Shown piece by piece: positions 9,192 to 16,330 of a stretch of DNA of 54,894 bases (the stretch's first letter is position 1; each line of letters starts with the position of its first letter). Made by a program: the position numbers and the translations under genes. This stretch comes from Bacteroidales bacterium (GTDB taxonomy: Bacteria; Bacteroidota; Bacteroidia; Bacteroidales; UBA932), in contig JAAZCF010000165.1 of NCBI GenBank assembly GCA_012513425.1, forward strand, positions 1-54,894, given 5' to 3'. The notes below the pieces were generated by a model, which was not told where the DNA came from, ran no database searches, and saw only the letters and a list, made by a program, of their open reading frames with translations.

Positions 9192-10599
9192 TATAATAGT
9201 CACCTCCTACACTCGGTCTGCGCCAATACGACCCGCCGCCTTTACGTAAGCTCGTTGGTGCAGCCAATACAACTGGTTTTCTGAAATAAATAAACGCTCC
9301 AGATAATGCGTCTACAGTGTCATCTTTTATACCGTAAGGAAACACATCTAACTCATCAAATAGTGCTTGTTTGTTTCTACAACGGTCAGTAATGAAGATT
9401 CGCCCCTGTTGCATTGCCGAAGATACCGGCCTCGCCCGCTCAACCTTCGAACCTGTAGACCGTACACCCTGAAAGTCATACCCATTCAACACATTTCTTG
9501 CATAGTGGTCAATCGTAATATCTCCAGACGAGCCAGGTTCCTGTTCCATACGTATTGCACAGTTATATCCGTCAATATCAGCCGTAGCACGGATAATATC
9601 TTCTACCTCAGCTGGTGTCTTCTGAACACGTACAATATCCTCAATCCAATATAGCCCTTGATGATGCGTCAGCTTTAGTCCTACAGTCCAGTCAGGCTCG
9701 CGCTTGTCTTTGCTCTTACGCTTGGACGGGTCTGTAGATGCCATATCCCAATATCTAACCCGCTGTGCTTGCTCCGGTATGTCGCTTGAAGGAACCAGCG
9801 TTATCCATGTATGACTGAACATGTCACCTGCTGCCTTAATTTCCCAGTTACCATTCAACAACTGCTCCCGCGTTACAGGGTCAAGCTCCTGAAGGGTCTG
9901 CATATACTCCTCAGCATCAAGGTGAGGATTATCTTGAATACCTGCAGGCACAAAGACGCGTCCTTTCTCTGGACCTTCTACAAAGAACCGTTGGTAGTAG
10001 TACTCTCCATACTCACCACCGGGGTTCGCAGTTGCTCTGAACCGCAGCGGCACGTTCAGCCACTTCGGCTTGCGCAGACGAGAGAACAGGTAGGTGTAGT
10101 TAGCTGGAGAGATATGCGTTACCTCGTCCATTCCTATATACTGGAACTCAGCACCCTGATAGCGAAAGTGGTCATTATCGGACTCAAGGTAACCGAACGA
10201 CAGTGTGGCACCAGAAGGGAACGTAAACTTTTTCTCTTTTTCAGACCACTTAACCTCGCCAGAATCTACAAACGGCATTAGCCATTCCTTCGCCATGGAG
10301 ATCAATGCACCAGGCAGAGATAAGTCTGCATAAGTTTTACGGAACAGAATAGCAGAGTACCCAGGGATATCTACAAACTGCAACGCAGCTGCAAGCTGAT
10401 ACACTGATTTTCCTCCACCCGCAGCTCCGCCATACAGAAGCTCCTTGACATTATTCATCAACAGACAAGCTGACTGTTTCGGTGTTGGTGTTATAGGAAT
10501 GTATTTAGTCAATCGCGGCGTCAGTGCTTTCTTCAGCGCCCCGACGTCTACACTCGACAAGTCAATATTATTGAAATCCGGCTTCACTGCATTACCCAC
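9184..10599 (-). CDS. Terminase large subunit
   Basis: 471 aa with Walker A GGAAGGGKS, Walker B-like YIGMDE and a C-terminal nuclease region. GTG start follows RBS GGAGGTGA. Confidence 0.9.
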   Translation of the reverse strand: MGNAVKPDFNNIDLSSVDVGALKKALTPRLTKYIPITPTPKQSACLLMNNVKELLYGGAAGGGKSVYQLAAALQFVDIPGYSAILFRKTYADLSLPGALISMAKEWLMPFVDSGEVKWSEKEKKFTFPSGATLSFGYLESDNDHFRYQGAEFQYIGMDEVTHISPANYTYLFSRLRKPKWLNVPLRFRATANPGGEYGEYYYQRFFVEGPEKGRVFVPAGIQDNPHLDAEEYMQTLQELDPVTREQLLNGNWEIKAAGDMFSHTWITLVPSSDIPEQAQRVRYWDMASTDPSKRKSKDKREPDWTVGLKLTHHQGLYWIEDIVRVQKTPAEVEDIIRATADIDGYNCAIRMEQEPGSSGDITIDHYARNVLNGYDFQGVRSTGSKVERARPVSSAMQQGRIFITDRCRNKQALFDELDVFPYGIKDDTVDALSGAFIYFRKPVVLAAPTSLRKGGGSYWRRPSVGGDYYNV

Positions 10600-11057
10600 C
10601 GTCTTATCACCTCCATCTGCTCAGGTGTGTAGAACGCTTGCTTGCTGTACCACTCAACCCAATTGCCATCCGACTTAGAGCTGTTACATCTCTGGCAAGC
10701 AGGCACGATATTCGGCCGTGTTGTTAGTCCTCCCTTACTAACAGGCACGACATGGTCTCTTGTCAGCTTTATCTTCCTGGACTGTTTAGTTCTACAATAG
10801 GCACACGCACCTCGAAAGTGCAGCATCACATCGCGCCAGTCCTGTAGAGTGTAGGTATGCTCTTCGCCGGTCCGATGTTTTGTATTATTCAGAAACTTCG
10901 TTACCGCTTTATGTTTCGTCAACTTCCTAGTAATGTTGTAACACTCTTTACAATCATTGCGGTAGCGTGTTCTACCATATTTGTCTTTTCCATTCTTCGG
11001 AAATTCCTTGATTGGTTTTTCTACACCGCACACAGTGCAGACTTGTTTATCATTCAT
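10584..11057 (-). CDS. HNH endonuclease with an N-terminal Zn-ribbon, terminase-associated
   Basis: C-terminus RDHVVPVSKGG...NIVPACQRCNSSK is an HNH motif. The N-terminus is CTVCG...RYRNDCKECY. It lies between the small and large terminase genes. Confidence 0.85.
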   Translation of the reverse strand: MNDKQVCTVCGVEKPIKEFPKNGKDKYGRTRYRNDCKECYNITRKLTKHKAVTKFLNNTKHRTGEEHTYTLQDWRDVMLHFRGACAYCRTKQSRKIKLTRDHVVPVSKGGLTTRPNIVPACQRCNSSKSDGNWVEWYSKQAFYTPEQMEVIRRWVMQ

Positions 11058-11787
11058 CCTTAACTACCACCTCTGTTGTAACCGTCTGGCGCACGCCGAT
11101 GTTGCTCAGCACCCCCGCTTTACCAAGAATATTGAGAATCTCTGAAATGTTCTCAGTACTAATGTCGACTTTCTTCAACTCAGGGTTTGTATCATCTACA
11201 CCCAAGTCTGTAGAAGACTTCGGCACTTGGTCAATTCTAGCCTTGCGCTCCAGTTCTGTCGCTGTCTTCATTAACGCATTAATCTCACGAGGTGATAGTG
11301 AGTAAGGGTCAATATTAGTAATTGCCCTTTGTATCTTATCATTAAGCGCTTTAGCCATTTCTACATGCCTCTTGTTCATCTCAATAATCTCTTGTTCGCG
11401 CTGTTTGAGAGTAACTTCATCTACATGCTTTGCCCAAGCTTGTAGTCTTGCAGGGAATGACCACCGTTGTGCTATCTTTCTAACAGCATTGACTGTAGTA
11501 CCTAGTTGTTCCGCAACGTCCCGGTAGCTTGGTCGTTTCCCCGGATATGCATCACGGTAGCACAGCCACACTGAGTACTCCCAGTCTGTTTCAGTAGGTT
11601 GTCGTTCCCACAGCTCTAGGTCTGCTTCCTTTGCAACGTCCATCCAGTTGAAGTTATGTTGTCTATAATAAGATACACGACTATTTTCTGCTTTTACGCA
11701 ATCTTCGCATAGATGCCGGTTTTCTTTGTGAGGCGGTTTCACCTGGGCGCAGCGCCGGCATGTTATTGTTTCTACAAGCTCGCTCAT
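11050..11787 (-). CDS. Terminase small subunit candidate (Zn-ribbon plus HTH)
   Basis: First gene of the late block. It has an HTH-like YRDVAEQLGTTVNAVRKIAQRW and an N-terminal CRRC...CEDC. Confidence 0.55.
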   Translation of the reverse strand: MSELVETITCRRCAQVKPPHKENRHLCEDCVKAENSRVSYYRQHNFNWMDVAKEADLELWERQPTETDWEYSVWLCYRDAYPGKRPSYRDVAEQLGTTVNAVRKIAQRWSFPARLQAWAKHVDEVTLKQREQEIIEMNKRHVEMAKALNDKIQRAITNIDPYSLSPREINALMKTATELERKARIDQVPKSSTDLGVDDTNPELKKVDISTENISEILNILGKAGVLSNIGVRQTVTTEVVVKDE

Positions 11788-11799
11788 TTAGCTCACCTC

Positions 11800-11816
11800 C
11801 TAAATATATTATACGC
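11800..11816 (-). promoter_or_regulatory. Promoter-like block GCGTATAATATATTTAG upstream of the small terminase gene
   Basis: TATAAT lies at 11808..11813 on the minus strand, immediately before RBS AGGAGGTG. The block is shared with two other loci. Confidence 0.35.
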
Positions 11817-11887
11817 AATGACAAATAAAATCAGAGCACAAAACGGATAATAAGAACTACAATGTAGCTCTTATAGATCCTATGGTA

Positions 11888-12002
11888 TTTTCACGGACTC
11901 GTATTTTTATTTAATACAAGTTCGTGATAAGGAGCCCTTATAATTTATATTGCCCCGCTATCACGGACTCGTATTTAAACATATACACTTGTAACGTGTT
12001 AT
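11888..12002 (+). promoter_or_regulatory. Conserved regulatory cassette, copy 1 (inverted relative to copies 2 and 3)
   Basis: 15-bp sites lie at 11891..11904, 11914..11928 and 11960..11974 (ATCACGGACTCGTAT / ATACAAGTTCGTGAT). They surround TTATAATTTATATT, and CTTGTAACGTGTT lies at the right end. Confidence 0.6.
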
Positions 12003-12405
12003 TTATACCCATTATTTATACGTAAACCGAGCCCCGTAAATGTATATACTACCGCGTAATTTTTGGACCTACACCTTGCAAATTTTGGACTGTTAATCTA
12101 CAGGCTGTAGATAGACGTGGACTCTGTTCCTCTATATCGCGAGCGCCGTAGCGCCAGGCGCGGGCAGAATTGTCAGAAAATTCGCGCAATTTTTGGATCG
12201 TCAGAATTGTCTGACAATTCAGAATAATCACTGTTTCACATGCAATTGAGACTATTCAGAATGTTCACGATTTCATATGCAAATGAAAATATTCTTACAA
12301 TTCTAAATATTCACGATTGCACATACATTTGCAACAATTCATTTTTATGCAATCATTCACATAAATATGAAATTGTGGCAATTCTGTGAACATTCCATTT
12401 TTCTG

Positions 12406-12434
12406 TTTACATTTCCATTCAATCATGATATATT
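12406..12434 (+). promoter_or_regulatory. Sigma-A-type promoter for the plus-strand early block
   Basis: TTTACA (12406..12411), a 17-nt spacer ending in TGa, then TATATT (12429..12434). It lies about 150 nt upstream of the 12594 gene. Confidence 0.6.
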
Positions 12435-12593
12435 ATAATTGTAAGTTGAATAAATAAATCAAACATTGAAAGCGTGGTGAAATTGCATGGCAATTTGAAA
12501 CAATTCTGACAATTCTGATTCGTTCTTTGACAACTGAATATTCTGACAATTCAGCGTATATCAAAATTACAAAGTGAAAGGGGAAAATTAGTT

Positions 12594-13103
12594 ATGTTAA
12601 AAAATATTTCTGCATTAGCTGAAAAGTTCACAAACGCTGAGGAGGTTCGCAAGGAATTAAAACGCGTGCAATCTATCAAGTGCCGCTTGAAAAAACAAAA
12701 AGCCCGCGAGGATTACGAAGCGCGCATGAAAGAGGTGCTTGAATATGAACAGGCCTTAAAAGAGGTGCGCGATTACTTCGAGCCGAAAAAGAAGCCTGTT
12801 ACGCAATTCACTTGGGATGACATTCAACAACTTGATTACGAAGAGACAATGAAAGCTATCAAGTCAATTCAGTCTAAAAAGTGCAACGTTCAATTCTTGA
12901 CAGAACGAATTGAAGATAACGTAGAATATCAGAAAGCATGCGAAATTGAGCAAATGTTGCTCGAACACAAAAAGAATATCAAGCCGGTTGAAGACACGGT
13001 TGTTCGCAAATCAGAAATAAAGAACTTGATAGAACATCTAGAAGGTTTAGAGCCAAAAGTCGACCGCGATTATGTGATAGACTTGCTAAGAAAGCTTATG
13101 TGA
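12594..13103 (+). CDS. Hypothetical early protein, Lys/Glu-rich coiled coil (IQSKK-motif family)
   Basis: 169 aa with RBS GAAAGGGG. The motif ETMKAIKSIQSKKCNV is shared with the 14710 gene. Confidence 0.6.
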   Translation: MLKNISALAEKFTNAEEVRKELKRVQSIKCRLKKQKAREDYEARMKEVLEYEQALKEVRDYFEPKKKPVTQFTWDDIQQLDYEETMKAIKSIQSKKCNVQFLTERIEDNVEYQKACEIEQMLLEHKKNIKPVEDTVVRKSEIKNLIEHLEGLEPKVDRDYVIDLLRKLM

Positions 13104-13151
13104 TGCGGGCCGCCTGCACAGGCGGTCCAACAACAAAGGAGGTAGTTAGCA

Positions 13152-13232
13152 ATGCGTCTGTTTACAATCAAAGGCAAACCTGCCGAAATTATGGCGCAGC
13201 TTAGATTGCTGATTCAAATATTCGGCCAATAA
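13152..13232 (+). CDS. Small ORF (26 aa) with a strong RBS
   Basis: AAAGGAGG lies 9 nt before the ATG. The product is MRLFTIKGKPAEIMAQLRLLIQIFGQ and is followed by hairpin 13240..13267. It is below the ORF-track size cutoff. Confidence 0.35.
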   Translation: MRLFTIKGKPAEIMAQLRLLIQIFGQ

Positions 13233-13623
13233 TCTACACAGACCGGGATTGGCCCATGGCCCGGTCTTTAAAATAAATAAACCCACGCCAGGGGGAGAAA
13301 GGCATTGAATTGTCAGAATATTCAGAATTATTGCGGCCTCGATTGGCCAAAGCTGAACCGTGCTGCATAGACGCGGTCTCAATTAGACTGAGCTAAGCCG
13401 CATAAAAGCCATCGCAATTGGCCCCTGCGTCACCAAGCAAAACCACACTGCATAAAAGCAGCGCCGCTTAGCTACACCTGACCTAGTTGTACTGCAATGC
13501 TGAACACTTTAGAAAATAAAATTGCTTATGCCATCCGCAAGGAAATGTAATATAATTAAAATAGTTACAGGAAATATAATCGCACCTGTAGCTACAATCA
13601 GCAAAATTATAAATTAGGAGTGA

Positions 13624-14076
13624 TTGATGATGAATATCAAGAGAGCGCGTCTGGTGGAAACTAGAAGCGGCCGCGCAGCAGTTGAAATGGCCGTACATTA
13701 CGGTGAAGAAGTTGATTTGATTACAATTAATAGTGACCAAATCGTCTACACCGAAGGCAACGACAATGTGCTGTGGTTTACATCCAGCTGGAGAAAGTTG
13801 GTAAGATACCTCAGTGTACCAAACGCTGTCAGCGTCTACAGGCAGTTTAAAGCAGTATGGAAGTTTCCATCTTACATCGAAGATGAATGTGACATTCGAG
13901 CGTTAGATTTACTGCTTGATTTCGTTTCATGTGCAAGCAAGCTGAGCGACAACTGGCAGAGCTTCTTAAACAATAATTATCCGTTTATAGAAGATTTTGA
14001 AACAGTGCTATTTGATTTAATAGACTGGCAAAATACGATAGTTTCAATAATTGAAAACAACGGTTGGGAAGATTAA
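13624..14076 (+). CDS. Hypothetical early protein
   Basis: 150-aa acidic ORF with RBS TTAGGAG. Confidence 0.55.
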   Translation: MMMNIKRARLVETRSGRAAVEMAVHYGEEVDLITINSDQIVYTEGNDNVLWFTSSWRKLVRYLSVPNAVSVYRQFKAVWKFPSYIEDECDIRALDLLLDFVSCASKLSDNWQSFLNNNYPFIEDFETVLFDLIDWQNTIVSIIENNGWED

Positions 14077-14219
14077 TCAAAGATGGGAGCGGTAAACCCA
14101 GCGCCGCTCCCAGCTACCCGAGCCGGAGGCGATAAGCTGAAAGGAGGTGAATCGGCTGCCTCCTCGGCGGGTAGGCACCGCCATCAATCCCCATACAGTT
14201 ACCTCTTAGATTCCTCTTT
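14077..14219 (+). ncRNA. GC-rich structured 3' region / ncRNA candidate
   Basis: Hairpins lie at 14085..14111 (GGGAGCGG/CCGCTCCC), 14118..14167 (loop displays AAAGGAGGTGA) and 14166..14182 (GGCGG/CCGCC). All lie between the stop codon and the terminator. Confidence 0.4.
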
Positions 14220-14247
14220 GCCGCGCCCCATTCGCGGCATCTTTTTT
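14220..14247 (+). terminator. Rho-independent terminator
   Basis: GCCGCG ccccatt CGCGGC followed by ATCTTTTTT. Confidence 0.7.
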
Positions 14248-14709
14248 AACCGCGCAACGCAGCCCCGATTGGACGATGCTAAACTACAACCTGAATAATG
14301 AAGTTCCATTCCGGCTAATCGACACCGCATGTAGTTCTTATTCGATGCTGAGTTTAACTACAGGCATGTGGACAAACACGGAAACCCATTACCGCAAGGA
14401 ACCGCACGCGGCCTCGATAGGTCCGAACTGAATCAGATAAAGCGGCCTCGATAAGACCATGCAATACAGCGCCACCGCGACCTTAGTTAGACGGAGTTAA
14501 AGACGGTATCTCACTACAGTGAGTCGTGTGCAGCTGCATAAAAGCAACTGCAGTAGGTCCCGTATCATCGAGCAAGACCGTACCACCATCTGCAGTAGAG
14601 CGCGGAAAATAAAATTTCCTGAATCATCTGCGTTAAGCTTGGTTATAATATAAGTAGAGTTAGAAAATAACTCAAAAATAAAAATTACAAAGTGAGGAGC
14701 GATAATATC

Positions 14710-15522
14710 ATGGCAAAGAAACAACTTAATAACGGTGTAGCTGTTAGCAACGACGCGCTGAACGGATTGTTCGCGGAAGAGGTTCAGGTGGTGAAGGTTG
14801 GCGGTGCAAATCAACTATCAAAGACTGCTCAGCTTACGCAAGTAGCTACAGTCATTGCAAACGAGATTTTTGCGAAAATCACTGCTGACCCAGAAACTTA
14901 CCAAGCAAAGGTTCTTGAGAGCCAAAAATCGCACGATGCAATGGATGAGCTAATCGATGAATTGTATCAGCTCGATACGGTAGACACAAGCTTCTTGCAA
15001 TCAGAACCTGAAGAGACTCTTGAGAAAATGATTCGCTCGCAGCAATCAAAACGTTCTCGAGCTAAAGGCAAACAAATGACTAAAGAGAACTACTTGAATA
15101 TGATGGTTGGAGCAATCTCAGAGAATCTACTACGCTTGGTTACTGGCAAGCCAAAGTCAGCTGGCGGCGGATATGTTGCGAAAGACATTGTCTACAGCGA
15201 AAAGGATTTAGAATATCTTGCACAGCATCCTACGGAGCTGAAAAAAGCAATCCGCAACATTCAAAGCAAGAAGTCAATTATGAAATCAAAAGCAGACTTT
15301 GACCCACAAAGCGAGCGTTGGCAACAGTTACTACAGGCCGAGCAACAGCTTAAGGAACTTCGTAGCCACGTAAATGGTGCGGTTAATAAAGAAGCCAAGG
15401 AAGCGTTAGAGGCGAAACAAAAGCTGGAAGAAATGTTAGCAACTAGAGACCTCGACAGCTTGCCACCAGAAGAAGCAAAGCAGCTACTCGATGCTGTTAA
15501 AGAAATGCTTGCTAGTAAGTAA
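14710..15522 (+). CDS. Hypothetical early protein (IQSKK-motif family, larger paralogue)
   Basis: ATG 14710 follows RBS AGTGAGGAG. The tracked GTG start lies inside the RBS. Motifs are ELKKAIRNIQSKKSIMK and MIRSQQSKRSRAK. Confidence 0.6.
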   Translation: MAKKQLNNGVAVSNDALNGLFAEEVQVVKVGGANQLSKTAQLTQVATVIANEIFAKITADPETYQAKVLESQKSHDAMDELIDELYQLDTVDTSFLQSEPEETLEKMIRSQQSKRSRAKGKQMTKENYLNMMVGAISENLLRLVTGKPKSAGGGYVAKDIVYSEKDLEYLAQHPTELKKAIRNIQSKKSIMKSKADFDPQSERWQQLLQAEQQLKELRSHVNGAVNKEAKEALEAKQKLEEMLATRDLDSLPPEEAKQLLDAVKEMLASK

Positions 15523-15525
15523 CGA

Positions 15526-15554
15526 GGGGTGCGTTTAGCGCCCCATTTATTTTA
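15526..15554 (+). terminator. Rho-independent terminator
   Basis: GGGGTGC gttta GCGCCCC followed by ATTTATTTTA. Confidence 0.7.
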
Positions 15555-15571
15555 TAAACGAGGTGAGACTG

Positions 15572-15727
15572 TTGCTGGCCGCATTTATGATAGTAGTATT
15601 CTTTTGGCGACTATGGGAGCTCATTCAACTAGACCGTTGCGCCAAGCATGGACACAAGTTCAAAGTCAATGGTAAGTATCTACAATGTGAAAGGTGTTAC
15701 ACAGTAATATATAACAGCCGCCAGTAG
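15572..15727 (+). CDS. Small membrane / Cys-rich ORF (46-51 aa)
   Basis: RBS GAGGTGA, then TTG 15572 or in-frame ATG 15587. The product is ..MIVVFFWRLWELIQLDRCAKHGHKFKVNGKYLQCERCYTVIYNSRQ. It is bracketed by two terminators. Confidence 0.4.
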   Translation: MLAAFMIVVFFWRLWELIQLDRCAKHGHKFKVNGKYLQCERCYTVIYNSRQ

Positions 15728-15741
15728 GCGGTTTCTTTTTT
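15717..15741 (+). terminator. Rho-independent terminator
   Basis: CCGCC agta GGCGG followed by TTTCTTTTTT. Confidence 0.75.
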
Positions 15742-16107
15742 AGACCGTAGCGCGGTGTCGATTGGACGGCGTATAGCATATCTACAGGCTTGTGGACAAA
15801 CTTCGCCACGCGGCACTGAGGGTAAGATTCAATGCAGCCTCGATTAGCCAAAGCTACTACTATACATCGGCGCAGCGCCACTCGGCCCAGGTTAGTTGAA
15901 CTACAGGTCTGTGAACATATTCCGCCATGCGGCGCTGAGGGGTCTCTGCGGCGCGGCCTCGATTAGTCAAGGTAGTACTTCACTATAGAGAAATAGTGCC
16001 ACTTCGCCCAATCGAAACCGCGATTATTACCTACAGTCTGCTTTGGCCTATAAAAGCAAATCTCGTAGACCCCGCGGCGCAGCGATGCAGTGGCGTCATA
16101 TTTTTTA

Positions 16108-16151
16108 GCCTATAAAAGCAAACTCATTGGCCTATAAAAGCAAACTCATTG
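16108..16151 (+). repeat. Perfect tandem duplication of a 22-bp unit
   Basis: GCCTATAAAAGCAAACTCATTG occurs twice, with a degenerate third copy at 16046..16065. Confidence 0.95.
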
Positions 16152-16330
16152 AACTACCTCGCCGCAGCGCCGGTGTAACTACAGGCATATTTATAATGGT
16201 TGCTGTGCTGGTGTAATTATAGGAAGATTCAGAACTGTTACTGGGTTAGTGAGTGGCGCGGCGCCGCGCGGCTGTCAGCCAAGCGAATCTGCGCGGGTTG
16301 GAGTCACCAAGCGTCGTATATTTATTGGAT

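Noticed and set aside
11891-11928. Cassette site pairs (15-bp stems, 9-nt loops) as rho-independent terminators
   Set aside because: No U tract follows the hairpin on either strand in any of the three copies, and real terminators lie elsewhere (for example 45170..45206).
12049-12231. Minus-strand ORFs in the repeat-rich non-coding DNA (12049..12231, 13146..13382, 13483..13740, 14497..14814, 15666..15881, 17065..17250), plus a 57-codon plus-strand ORF at 12240..12413
   Set aside because: None has an RBS. They lie antisense to, or overlap, better-supported plus-strand units, promoters and terminators, and they have odd compositions.
12232-12247. parS-like word TGTTTCACATGCAATT
   Set aside because: It matches the Bacillus parS consensus TGTTnCACGTGAAACA at only about 10 of 16 positions and is not palindromic. 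Likely chance in AT-rich DNA.
13240-13267. Hairpin AGACCGGG...CCCGGTCT as a firm terminator
   Set aside because: The stem is good, but the loop is 12 nt and the downstream tract is TTTAAAATAAA rather than a U run. Left as a possible weak terminator or RNA stabiliser only.
14083-14298. 71-aa plus-strand ORF (MGAVNPAPLP...)
   Set aside because: It has no RBS. It runs through three GC hairpins and a terminator. Its Pro/Arg/Gly-rich composition simply reflects the GC island. Treated as a structured RNA region.
13333-16151. CRISPR array, or solitary CRISPR-repeat mimics, as an explanation for the dispersed GC-rich repeats
   Set aside because: Repeat spacing is irregular (35 to about 120 nt). The conserved cores are only about 12-20 nt with variable flanks. 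Some copies are inverted, and I recognised no known repeat family. Kept as unexplained repeat families instead.
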